Below, piece by piece: positions 36,001 through 45,145 of a stretch of 64,000 nt of DNA (the first letter of the stretch is position 1; each line of letters starts with the position of its first letter). The stretch covers positions 2,471 through 66,470 of the forward strand of contig JBILLS010000003.1 in NCBI GenBank assembly GCA_044375955.1, read 5' to 3'. A model generated the notes under the pieces. It did no database searches. It was not told the origin of the DNA and was given only the letters and a program-made list of their open reading frames with translations. A program made the position numbers and the translations under genes. Origin of the DNA: Candidatus Nanopelagicales bacterium. GTDB taxonomy: Bacteria; Actinomycetota; Actinomycetes; S36-B12.

Positions 36001-36297
36001 CCCCGGTCGAGATTCCCTCGCAATTGACCGCCACTCAGACCACCTTCCGATCTTGGGACTGTGATGGCTGCGTCGTGAACGATCAATTGATGACTCAACC
36101 AACAGCATCGCAAGGTAGGGCTGCCCTTGAATCGCAAGGGCTTCGTTCAGCAGAGTCTTTCGTTGGATCGTCGCCGCGGGGCGTGGCGACAATCAGTGCT
36201 CGAGTGCCCAGCGGGCCTGAAGCAGACACAACGGATCAATCGAGACCTATACTCACCGACGTAGACCATCGGCCTATTCATCCAGCAATGGATCGTC

Positions 36298-37038
36298 ATG
36301 AGGAATCTTGAGATGCGACGTTCAATCTTGATTGCGGCAGCGTGCGGCGCCCTGACCATCACTGCTGCGGCGCCGGCTGGTGCAGAGAGCTTCGCCAGCC
36401 AGGATGTAGCAAAGGCATACGCGCTCATGATGACCAAGGGTGAAGGAAAGTCGCTCACGGGTGGCAAGAAGATGGTGCGCGAGTTCTCTGTGCTTAGCGC
36501 TAGCTCCGGACCCGCCGACTCGCCATGGTTGTGCGACCTCTCAGGTGCTGATGAGATCGAAGGCAAGGGTGGCGGGGACGTTGTCACGATGGAGTTCGTG
36601 TCAGAAGCGGGTCCAAACATGAGCGAAGCTCTGCAGGAAGTCTTTGTGTACGCGACTGCGCAGCAGGCAAAGCTTGCCTACGACCGCATCGTCAAGGACA
36701 TCAAGCAGTGTGAGGGCCTGCACCGGCCTACCGCCAACGACGGAGAACCCGCTGAGACTGATGATGCCTCGGGCTCCACGAGGAAACTCACGAATGGGAC
36801 CAAGACGTCTGCTGACGGCGACACGTTCTTGTGGGTGAACTCAACAACGACCATCGCCAGCACAGGCGGGAATTTCCAGCATGACTATCGGACGGTGCGT
36901 CACTTCGGTTCATACCTGCAGATCCTCCAGGTGGAAAGCGAAGGCACCTCGGCGCAGAAGATTTCTGCCCAGCAGATTCGAACCATGGATCGCTTAACGG
37001 ATTCGCTCGGCGATCGCTGGCGTTCAGCCCTCAACTAG
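36298..37038 (+). CDS. Secreted hypothetical protein
   Basis: Signal peptide (RRSILIAAACGALTITAAAPAGAES), coding-like composition, no family recognised. Confidence 0.55.
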   Translation: MRNLEMRRSILIAAACGALTITAAAPAGAESFASQDVAKAYALMMTKGEGKSLTGGKKMVREFSVLSASSGPADSPWLCDLSGADEIEGKGGGDVVTMEFVSEAGPNMSEALQEVFVYATAQQAKLAYDRIVKDIKQCEGLHRPTANDGEPAETDDASGSTRKLTNGTKTSADGDTFLWVNSTTTIASTGGNFQHDYRTVRHFGSYLQILQVESEGTSAQKISAQQIRTMDRLTDSLGDRWRSALN

Positions 37039-37297
37039 TTGGCAACTATTCCACCTCGAAAGCGTGACGACCCGCGGCCAAGATGCTGGGCGGAAAGGAG
37101 GCTCGCAGGGAACAGGGTGATCCGTGGTGCACGGAAGGCCGATGTCCGAGGTGCCCTTCAGATGAGCCCGGAATCGCTCTGAAACGCCGTCCATCGACTG
37201 AAGATCGCAAGAGCGGCGCTTCGACTCGGCGTCTGGCCACCACTCGTATCCCCTGATCAACGGCCCGCTTGGCGCTGTCTGGACACCACCGATGCGT

Positions 37298-38056
37298 TTA
37301 GGGCCGACTCGGGACAGCCGCGACGCGGATCGCAGGGCCCATCCCCACGCGGCGAAGGAAGGCGAAACGGCCTCCCGGCACTGCCCGAGCCTCGGCGGCG
37401 ATGGCGCGCGTGATCGTCCGGGCGAGGCCCGACCTCGGATACTCGGTGACCGTGCGGACGACGAGGTCGTGCGGAAGATGCCGCTCCCGCAGGCCCACGA
37501 GGTCGACCATCGCCCCAGCCTGCGTGTAGAAGCCGAGCGCGCCATCGCGGACCGGGTCGATGCCAACCGTCGTGTGCACGACGATCGCGTCCTCCAGGCT
37601 GGGGGCGGCATCCGGGCGCCCTGCACGCGCCGCCACATCCACCGCGGCGACCGCGCTGCGTACAGTGAAGTCCTCGCCTAGCACCGGGCTCTCGAGACCG
37701 ACGTCATGAAGGAGTCCGGAGACGACGAGGAGCTCAGCGTCGACGTCCGCGCCATCGATGAGCGCGAGCGCACGAGCGAACACCGCTGTGCGATAGGCGT
37801 GCCCAAGAATCTCGGGACACTGCGTGCGAGCGACGTCCACAGCCTCGGCGACCAGCACGGTATCCGGAACCAACATCGCTTCGGACAAGTCTCGCTGAGG
37901 CTTACACCGAGGGCTCATGCGTTGCACGAACAGCGTGCGCTGCGTCGCGATCGAGATGCCGAGCATCTTCCTTCGCTGCGACCTCGAGAGCCGGCCGCCC
38001 GTCGCGTCCAGCCATCCTGGTCCACCCACGCGATTGGGGTCAGGATGCGCGCTCAT
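37298..38056 (-). CDS. HD-domain phosphohydrolase-like protein
   Basis: HAYRTAVFA ... LLHDVGL matches the HD motif arrangement. The start is uncertain and may be internal. Confidence 0.6.
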   Translation of the reverse strand: MSAHPDPNRVGGPGWLDATGGRLSRSQRRKMLGISIATQRTLFVQRMSPRCKPQRDLSEAMLVPDTVLVAEAVDVARTQCPEILGHAYRTAVFARALALIDGADVDAELLVVSGLLHDVGLESPVLGEDFTVRSAVAAVDVAARAGRPDAAPSLEDAIVVHTTVGIDPVRDGALGFYTQAGAMVDLVGLRERHLPHDLVVRTVTEYPRSGLARTITRAIAAEARAVPGGRFAFLRRVGMGPAIRVAAVPSRP

Positions 38057-38463
38057 CCGCGGCCCCTTCTCTCGACTCAGGGCCGTGAGCCTAATGCTGA
38101 ATCACATCACGAATCGTCGACTGCAGTGCGATGTCGGCACGTCTAGGAGGGTCCTAGGGCCCCCGGTCGGGCCGCCGGTGTGCAGTTCCTCACCGACGTC
38201 AATGACTACGACAGCCTGGCTCCTCGGTGGCATCGCCTTGCTCATGGCCTGACTCGCGTCAAAGCTTGTGCCAAAGGCGCCCAAGCAGCAGCTGGCATCC
38301 TCCCCGGGAGACTTCCCTCGTAAACGAGGGCAACCGGATCGACAGCAGGCCCACCTTCCTACCCATGGCTTCGCGCACTGATTAGACTGAGGATCACTGA
38401 GAGAATCGACCGCGAGAGGTATCTGTCATCGACGGTCCTGTTCGGATCCACGGAGGTGGCACT

Positions 38464-39498
38464 GTGACACGCATCGCCCTTACCCGTATTGCTGTAGCGG
38501 GGATCGCCGCGATAGTCATGGCCAGCGGATCGATGGCCTATGCCGCAAATGACGGAACCGTTGAGGACACCTTCCCGACCGTGGTTGCTCTCGAACCGAA
38601 GACCCATCATCGACAGTCCGTCTTCAGCGTCGAATTCGATGTCGCCCGGGACAAGGAACGGCGCTTCATTACCAGCTTGCTGACTGTCAAGGACACCACC
38701 GACCGTCTCTTCCTCGGACAAGAGCTCGCATGCACGAGCCCCTCGGGCAAGGCAGTCATCGGCATGGAGACAGGCCGCAACTTCTGGCAAGACGGTCTCG
38801 GAAGCACAGTCGCCTCGTTCGTCCTCAAGGCCAATGAGGCGGGGCGCTGGAAATGCGAATCAACCGTGAACCTGTGTGTTCCGGGCCAATGTGACTCCGG
38901 GCAGGGTTCCGGCACCTTGACCTTGGAAGCCGGTAGTGCCGTTTCGGCCATGAAGGTCAGCAGGCCCCTGGAGTTGTGGTCAACGAGTGCTCGGTTCATC
39001 ACCAAAGATCAGGCGATCAAGCCAGGCAAGTCCCTCTCTCTGAGCAAGACGTTCACCGTGGGGCAAGGCGCAACTCCCACGGTGATCGGGGAGTTCTCCT
39101 TCAGCAATTGCATTGAGCCCACCTACCCCAATGCCTGCGGCACCCTCACCAGCCACAACATCAACGGATCAGCAACAGCCTCGGTTGCCATGAAGGTTGC
39201 TCAGGTTCCGGCCAAAGCTGGAGCACAATGCTCCGTCGCCTCGGCAACATCCGGCCAAGGTCAGGGCGTGCGCACCATTACGGCAGAGCAGCACCATGCC
39301 ACTTTCTCCATTGAGATTCCCAACATCTCACTGAGCTCTTCACCTGATTGCACGAACAAGGTCACGGTTTCGGCTACTTTCCGGTCCATCAAGGGCAACG
39401 GAATCGTGATCGAGGGCGGTACGAGCAAGAAGCCGATGTCTCTGGTCAGCATCGGAGAGATTGATACGGCCTATCAATCGATACCAGTGACGCCTTGA
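38464..39498 (+). CDS. Secreted hypothetical protein (Ser/Thr/Gly-rich, several Cys pairs)
   Basis: GTG start and signal peptide (IAVAGIAAIVMASGSMAYA). Ends 10 nt before the first sulfotransferase-like gene. Confidence 0.6.
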   Translation: MTRIALTRIAVAGIAAIVMASGSMAYAANDGTVEDTFPTVVALEPKTHHRQSVFSVEFDVARDKERRFITSLLTVKDTTDRLFLGQELACTSPSGKAVIGMETGRNFWQDGLGSTVASFVLKANEAGRWKCESTVNLCVPGQCDSGQGSGTLTLEAGSAVSAMKVSRPLELWSTSARFITKDQAIKPGKSLSLSKTFTVGQGATPTVIGEFSFSNCIEPTYPNACGTLTSHNINGSATASVAMKVAQVPAKAGAQCSVASATSGQGQGVRTITAEQHHATFSIEIPNISLSSSPDCTNKVTVSATFRSIKGNGIVIEGGTSKKPMSLVSIGEIDTAYQSIPVTP

Positions 39499-39508
39499 TC
39501 GCGCATCA

Positions 39509-40642
39509 ATGGCCACTTCACTTGTCATTCATGTAGGCCCGCGAAAGACTGGAACGACATACCTGCAGAGGGCCCTGACGCTGGCGGCCCCAACACTGCG
39601 TGAGTCTGGCGTGCTCTACGTCACCCGCCTCGCAGGAGTCAGTCGCTACAACCACGTGGCCGCGACCTACGCGGTGTCAGGTTTGCGATCGGGGCGATCG
39701 AGCCACATATGGCGGAACGTCAGTGAGGAGAACATCCGTGACCTCGCGCGCCAGGTGGATGCTTGGGACGGCCCCGCCATCATCTCATCGGAGGCACTGG
39801 GTGGACTGAGCACGGCCGAGGCGACCACGTTCATCTCTTGTCTGCCCAGCGCACCGGTGCATGTGATCGCCACACTCCGGGCGCTGCCTGATGTCGTGCT
39901 GTCCTCGTGGTCGCAGAACGTGCTCAACCTGCATACCCAATCGCTCGACACCTACGTCGAGCGCTTCATCAAGCGTCGGACGCAATTGCCACCGGCGGAG
40001 CGCTGGCGGCTGTGGGACGAAGATCGTCACGCGACCTTCTGGCGCAGTTACGACTATCCGGGTCTGCTTTCCCGGTGGCTACACATGGGCTTTCCCGTGA
40101 GCGCTGTCGTCGTGCCAGACTCCGCGCAACCGCGCGATGAGCTGTGGAATCGCTTTCGTGAGGCCGTCAACCTCGATGCTCTTCCCCTGATCGCCCCGAA
40201 GGTGCCCGGTGCTCAAGCCAATGGAGCTCGATCCCTAGAGGAGCTCGAGGTCATCCGCAGAACCGTCATAAGCGCCACCCGACAGGGACTGACCCTGGAT
40301 GATCTCCGACCACTTCGCGGAAAGCGATGGAAACTCCCGCGAGGCACCTCTCTACGCTCCGGCACTCGGCCGGGATTGGCTCCGGCCGCCGCGGAGGTCT
40401 TCGCGCAATGGGCACGGGAAGACGTGGACCTCTTGGCGAAGCTCCCCATAAGCCTCGTTGGCCCCAGGGAAGAACTGCTGCGCCCAACGCGCCCACAGCA
40501 GCCGCCACAGTACGCCGCTTACGCAGAGGCGGCGGGCTTTCTGGTCGCGAACCGCATTCTGGGCAAGCAGGGCGGCCGGACTTGGCGATCATGGCTTCGA
40601 CCAAGTCGGCGCGCGTTCCGACTGGGCAGGTGGGGCACGTGA
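39509..40642 (+). CDS. Sulfotransferase-like P-loop protein (divergent)
   Basis: N-terminal HVGPRKTGTTYLQ resembles the PAPS 5'-phosphosulfate-binding loop (PKxGTT). Clear paralog of the next gene. Confidence 0.55.
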   Translation: MATSLVIHVGPRKTGTTYLQRALTLAAPTLRESGVLYVTRLAGVSRYNHVAATYAVSGLRSGRSSHIWRNVSEENIRDLARQVDAWDGPAIISSEALGGLSTAEATTFISCLPSAPVHVIATLRALPDVVLSSWSQNVLNLHTQSLDTYVERFIKRRTQLPPAERWRLWDEDRHATFWRSYDYPGLLSRWLHMGFPVSAVVVPDSAQPRDELWNRFREAVNLDALPLIAPKVPGAQANGARSLEELEVIRRTVISATRQGLTLDDLRPLRGKRWKLPRGTSLRSGTRPGLAPAAAEVFAQWAREDVDLLAKLPISLVGPREELLRPTRPQQPPQYAAYAEAAGFLVANRILGKQGGRTWRSWLRPSRRAFRLGRWGT

Positions 40643-41712
40643 CCCGCTGCATACACCTGCATATCGGTCCAAGGAAGTCCGGCACAACCTTCCTGCAGCA
40701 GGCACTCATCTCCAATGCGCAGGCGCTCCGTGCCGAAGGTTTGCTCTATCCGGTGACCGGCCGGTCGCTGCGGCAGCGCCTTCTGGGTGCACCTCGGTGG
40801 CTCAACCACGAGAAGGAGTTGCTTGCCGCCTGCACCGCAGAAGCCAGCTCCACGACCGAGTGGCTCTCGCGCGAACTGGCGGCTACGTCAGAAGACGTCA
40901 TCCTTTCCGGCGAGGCTGTAGCAGCCTGCTCGCCGGCTGAGTTGGATCACCTGACCGCCAACGTGGGCGTAGGTGACCTTCATGTGATCATCACGGCACG
41001 AGCACTAGAAGCTGTTATCCCTTCTACTTGGCAGCAGCACATTCGCAATGGTCGAACGGCCTCGTTGGCGACCTTTGTCGACAACATCGCCAGACTCAAC
41101 GACCAGCGCCAGCAAGCTCCGCTGACCTGGGCCACTGATCCAGCTCAGGGTTTCTGGCTCGCGAACGACCACGCGGCCCTCGCCGAACGCTGGATCGCCC
41201 GAGGGGCACAGGTGAGTGTCGTGACAGTGCCCGCGGGCGCCGCGCCCGCCGAGACTCTCTGGCAGCGCTTTCTCAGGGCGTTGGGATTGAGCAATGCCGC
41301 GATCACGGCATCTACCATCCCAAACATGCAGCCACTTCATGTCGGTCTCACTGCACCCGAGGCTCTCACCCTGAGGGAGATCGTCTGGCAGTTGGAGTGT
41401 GGTGGCATGGACATCTCGGAGCGCCGCCGATGGGCTCATCGCTTGGTCGACGACGTCTTCCGCGGGCGCCCGACACGTGGTCCGGCCCTGCATCTGACGG
41501 GCGCGGACCTCCATCGGGCTCGGCAGTCGGCCGCGGATGACGCCGCACAGTTGGCCACTCTCGTAGAGAACGGTCAGATAGCTCTCTACGGAGATCTTGC
41601 CGACCTGACACCCAGCGAGATCGTGGTGGAGATTGACCAGGCCCAACTCTCGCGCGAGATCACCAACCTCGGCGGCCGTTGCATCGCCTACCTCGAGGGA
41701 GCCCGCTCATGA
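40639..41712 (+). CDS. Sulfotransferase-like P-loop protein (divergent paralog)
   Basis: GTGA overlap at 40639-40642 gives the N-terminus VTRCIHLHIGPRKSGTTFLQ, colinear with the previous protein. Shared blocks: ISSEAL/LSGEAV, HVI.T.RAL, VVPxxxxPxxLWxRF. Confidence 0.55.
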   Translation: MTRCIHLHIGPRKSGTTFLQQALISNAQALRAEGLLYPVTGRSLRQRLLGAPRWLNHEKELLAACTAEASSTTEWLSRELAATSEDVILSGEAVAACSPAELDHLTANVGVGDLHVIITARALEAVIPSTWQQHIRNGRTASLATFVDNIARLNDQRQQAPLTWATDPAQGFWLANDHAALAERWIARGAQVSVVTVPAGAAPAETLWQRFLRALGLSNAAITASTIPNMQPLHVGLTAPEALTLREIVWQLECGGMDISERRRWAHRLVDDVFRGRPTRGPALHLTGADLHRARQSAADDAAQLATLVENGQIALYGDLADLTPSEIVVEIDQAQLSREITNLGGRCIAYLEGARS

Positions 41713-42431
41713 TTGTGGTTGTCTGCGGCCAGCACCGCTCCGGCTCGACCCTGACATGGCAGGTGGCCCACGAGTTGCTCACCTCAGCGCCATCTGCTTC
41801 AGCGCCATCTGTGTCAACGCCATTGTCGACCCCGAGGGAGGACTTGCAGATGCTCGCCCTTGACCCAGGCGACATCCGCATGGTCAAGGTGCACTTCTCC
41901 CCCGTGATGAAGAAGAAGGAATTTCCCCAGCAGGGTGCTCGCTACATCTACACCTATCGGGACCCACGTGACGTGGCGGCCTCGCTGATTCGCAAGGGCC
42001 GGTACCACCACGGTCACGAGAAGCGCGGAGTCGAAGGCGTCACGGCGATAGTCCGTCGCGAGCTGCGCGGTGACACCTTCTGGCGAACGCGGGAGAACTT
42101 GTGGATTGGGCGCTACGAAGAACTTGCGCAGGACATTCCAGGACTGGTGCGCTCTCTTGCAGACTTTCTCAGTGTTCCTGTGGACGAGGATTCAGTGCGG
42201 CGCATCACCGATTTCGTATCCGTCGATCGCCAGCGCGAGCGCGTGGCGGACGTCCGTGATCACGGAGTCGATCCTTCCCTGCGCATCACCTCGAACCACA
42301 TCACCGACGGGCAGGAGGGAGCGTGGCGAGCCACACTCACTTCCGAGGAGGTTGCCGCTATTGAAGTGGTGGCGACTGAGTGGATGCGAGCCCACGGCTA
42401 CGTGTGCGAGACGCTGCCACGACAGCTGTGA
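41709..42431 (+). CDS. Sulfotransferase (canonical PAPS-dependent type)
   Basis: 5'-PSB loop CGQHRSGSTL and 3'-PB motif YIYTYRDPRDVAAS. ATGA overlap with the previous gene. Confidence 0.8.
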   Translation: MIVVVCGQHRSGSTLTWQVAHELLTSAPSASAPSVSTPLSTPREDLQMLALDPGDIRMVKVHFSPVMKKKEFPQQGARYIYTYRDPRDVAASLIRKGRYHHGHEKRGVEGVTAIVRRELRGDTFWRTRENLWIGRYEELAQDIPGLVRSLADFLSVPVDEDSVRRITDFVSVDRQRERVADVRDHGVDPSLRITSNHITDGQEGAWRATLTSEEVAAIEVVATEWMRAHGYVCETLPRQL

Positions 42432-43488
42432 CAAACAGCGTCGCATCGTCCGCCCAGTTGTGATGGGCGAGCACGGCCGCCCGGCCATTGTCTCCAAGAC
42501 GCCGCCGGCGCTCCTCGTTCTGATGCAGTTCGATCACGGCTGTAGCAGCAGCAGCCGGGTCGCGAAAGGGCACGATGATGCCGGCGTCGTGACGATTGAG
42601 CACGTCAACGACCAGCGGCAAAGGAGTAGCAACCACGGGGATGCCCATGGCGAGGTACTCAAACACCTTGGTCGGATGAGAGTTTCGGTAGTTGTTCTCG
42701 TTATGCAGCAGTGACAATCCGGCGGTCACACCTCGCATGCGCTCGACCGCCTGGGGATGGGGCAGACGTCCATGCCAGCGCACATCCCCATCAAGATCGG
42801 CGCGCCGAAGTTGCTCTTCCACATCTGCGGATGCTGTGCCCACGATGTCCAAGACGATCCCGTGGGGGCGCAGCATTCGGCCGACCTCGATCAGGTCCAG
42901 AGCCCCTCTGGCCTTGGTCAGAGTGCTGACACACACGGCGCGACCCGGTCCCGGGCTGGGAGGATTGCCCTCAATGATCGTCGAATTCGGAACAACAGGG
43001 TGCGGGCGACGGAATCGCTCCGAATACGCCGCCTCGGCCAACAGGAGTTCACACCGGCGCTCCGCCCAACGCTCCAGCGCCCGGATACCGCCGGCCGCTA
43101 CTCGGTCGAGTGCCGGAGGAATCCATTCCTTGTAGGTCACGGCAGCCGCGGTGTCCTCGTGCACGTCCCAGACGACAGGCGTTTCGCGCACACTGGCGGC
43201 TGCCAATATCAGCTCTATATCGTGGATCAGGACGACGTCGTAATCACTGGCAGTCTGGCGCAACAGCCGCCGGGCCGCTCGCAGAGCACCCAGACGCCGC
43301 CGCCCAATGGAGCGCGGTAGATCGATCGTCGCAACATCGACCGGCGGATCGACACCGTGAGCTGAGAATGGGGCCGCATACGTGACCACATGTCCGGCAT
43401 CGACCAGGGCGGCGATCTGGCGCACCAGGATTCGAGTGTCGAGCGGGTGATGAACAACGGTCATCGCGAGAACCCGGATGGAGGTCAC
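42358..43488 (-). CDS. Glycosyltransferase, GT-B fold (GT4-like)
   Basis: C-terminal GT1/GT4 pattern (HNENNYRNSHPTKVFEYLAMGIPVVAT). ATGA-type coupling to the ABC ATPase gene upstream. Confidence 0.85.
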   Translation of the reverse strand: MTSIRVLAMTVVHHPLDTRILVRQIAALVDAGHVVTYAAPFSAHGVDPPVDVATIDLPRSIGRRRLGALRAARRLLRQTASDYDVVLIHDIELILAAASVRETPVVWDVHEDTAAAVTYKEWIPPALDRVAAGGIRALERWAERRCELLLAEAAYSERFRRPHPVVPNSTIIEGNPPSPGPGRAVCVSTLTKARGALDLIEVGRMLRPHGIVLDIVGTASADVEEQLRRADLDGDVRWHGRLPHPQAVERMRGVTAGLSLLHNENNYRNSHPTKVFEYLAMGIPVVATPLPLVVDVLNRHDAGIIVPFRDPAAAATAVIELHQNEERRRRLGDNGRAAVLAHHNWADDATLFVTAVVAASRTRSRGLASTQSPPLQ

Positions 43489-44276
43489 GGCTCCGGCCCG
43501 TGATCTGACCCTTGATGTCCCTGACGGCGAGCTCGGCGGCGGCGGGACTCTTCCGCGTAGGCATCGATTACATCGTCGGGTGTGCCGTCGCCCTCGATGC
43601 GTCCCTTCTCGATCCAGACCACGCGGGTGCAGGACCCTCGAATGGCCGACATCGAGTGGCTCACGAGGACAACGGCCTCGGCTCGGCCACGAAGCTGCCG
43701 CATGCGATCCATGCTGCGGTCCTTGAAATCGAGGTCACCTGTGACCAGCGCCTCGTCGAGCAGGAGGATCTCATGATCCACCGAAGAAGCAATCGCGAAC
43801 TTCAACCGAGCGGCCATCCCCGAGGAGTAGGTCGAGAGTGGCAGCTCAATATGGTCGGCGACACCGGAGAAGTCGATGATCTCGTCGATGCGCTCGCGGA
43901 CGGCTGCGCGAGTCATGCCCAGGGCAAGGCACCCGAGCTCAATGTTCTCTCGGCCGGAGAGTCGCGGCACGAGGGTCTTGCCGACACCAAGGAGTACGGG
44001 GGGTGATGATGTGTAGACGGCACCGCGGGTCAACGGCAACAGGCCGGCCATGGCCCGCAGCAGACTTGATTTTCCGGCGCCATTTCGACCGATGATGCCG
44101 ACGCTTTCACCCGCGGAGATCTCCAAGCTGACTCCGCGTACTGCCTCGACTTGTTGAGCCCGACGGGGAACGAGTCGGCCATGCGGGAATACGCGGTAGG
44201 ACACGGCGACGTCATCGAGGAGCAGCCGCAAGGTCGACTTCTCCGCCGATTCAGTCGCGTCCATAGGTCCCCTCAC
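43485..44276 (-). CDS. Polysaccharide/teichoic-acid-type ABC exporter, ATP-binding protein (Wzt/TagH-like)
   Basis: Walker A GRNGAGKSSL, signature YSSGM, Walker B ILLLDE. Confidence 0.9.
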   Translation of the reverse strand: MRGPMDATESAEKSTLRLLLDDVAVSYRVFPHGRLVPRRAQQVEAVRGVSLEISAGESVGIIGRNGAGKSSLLRAMAGLLPLTRGAVYTSSPPVLLGVGKTLVPRLSGRENIELGCLALGMTRAAVRERIDEIIDFSGVADHIELPLSTYSSGMAARLKFAIASSVDHEILLLDEALVTGDLDFKDRSMDRMRQLRGRAEAVVLVSHSMSAIRGSCTRVVWIEKGRIEGDGTPDDVIDAYAEESRRRRARRQGHQGSDHGPEP

Positions 44277-45117
44277 CCCGCCAGAAGACCACTACCCCGG
44301 CGGTGGCAGCAATCAACGACCACACGGCGGCGGCCACCCAGTTGGTGACGCCGCCCGGTGCGGTGTATCCGGTCAGGAGCGCATCCCGCATGACCGCAAG
44401 ATAGACAGCGCCGGGGTTGTAGACCAGCACGTACTCCACCCAGGTGGGCAGGTCGAGCTGTGAGATCCGCTCGGTAATCGGGAACATCACCCCGGACGCC
44501 AGCCCCCACAATCGCAGCACAAGCGGGAGGACCCCGCCGATATCGGGTGTGTGGCTCATCCACCGGGCGAGCAGCAGGGCGGCGCCCCAACCGAAGGGGA
44601 TTATGAGCAGGATCGCCAACGGCGCGAGCAGCCACGACCACGTCACCGGTTCGCCGGTCAGTATCAGGACGACAACGAGCACGGGAAGGGAGACCACGAA
44701 AGCTCGAACCTGCTGCACGACTGCGGCAGTCGGCAGGATCACCGCGGGGATCGGAAGAGAGGTGAGCAACCCTCGATTCGCCGAGACCGAGCGCGCGCCC
44801 GACTGTGCGCAACGACGGATGACGGCAAAGGTGAACACGCCCACCGCGAGGTAACCCAGGTAGTTCGGCACCGAAGTTCGGGCCCCCAGGAGCAAACCAA
44901 ACAGCACCCAGTAGGTGGCCATGGTCGTCAGTGGGTCCAGGACCTCCCAGAGAGGCCCAAGTCTCCGCGCCCGATTTCCCGCTTGAGTCTTGGCGCGGGC
45001 ATAGGCGCGGATGAATTCGCGACGCTGCCACAGGGCCCTGAGGTAGGTCATCAAGCTCAGACGGTCACCTACGCGTACGAGCCCAGCATCGTGTGCCCGC
45101 TGTGCAGCACTCACCAT
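44251..45117 (-). CDS. ABC-2 type exporter permease (Wzm/TagG-like)
   Basis: Six hydrophobic segments. The N-terminal LWQRREFIRAYARAK ... LGPLWEVLDPL is typical of the family. Start trimmed to MVSAAQ (45117). Confidence 0.85.
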   Translation of the reverse strand: MVSAAQRAHDAGLVRVGDRLSLMTYLRALWQRREFIRAYARAKTQAGNRARRLGPLWEVLDPLTTMATYWVLFGLLLGARTSVPNYLGYLAVGVFTFAVIRRCAQSGARSVSANRGLLTSLPIPAVILPTAAVVQQVRAFVVSLPVLVVVLILTGEPVTWSWLLAPLAILLIIPFGWGAALLLARWMSHTPDIGGVLPLVLRLWGLASGVMFPITERISQLDLPTWVEYVLVYNPGAVYLAVMRDALLTGYTAPGGVTNWVAAAVWSLIAATAGVVVFWRGEGTYGRD

Positions 45118-45145
45118 GGTGTGCTCCCCATTCCGTGCCGCGTCT

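Noticed and set aside
32375-36300. Search for an integrase, recombinase, transposase or phage genes that would make the islets an intact mobile element
   Set aside because: No ORF in the islets has tyrosine/serine recombinase or DDE motifs. I therefore call them decayed remnants, not an active prophage or ICE.
37298-38056. HD-domain protein considered as Cas3-like or another defence nuclease
   Set aside because: There is no helicase domain, no cas neighbours and no CRISPR array. It is a stand-alone HD phosphohydrolase-like protein.
40327-41712. Track ORF starts at 40327, 41679, 50788, 44251-45237 and 51671-53416, which create large same-strand overlaps
   Set aside because: The upstream extensions are Arg/Pro-rich and overlap real coding sequence. 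Internal starts give canonical ATGA/GTGA coupling or proper signal peptides, and give N-termini colinear with the paralogs.
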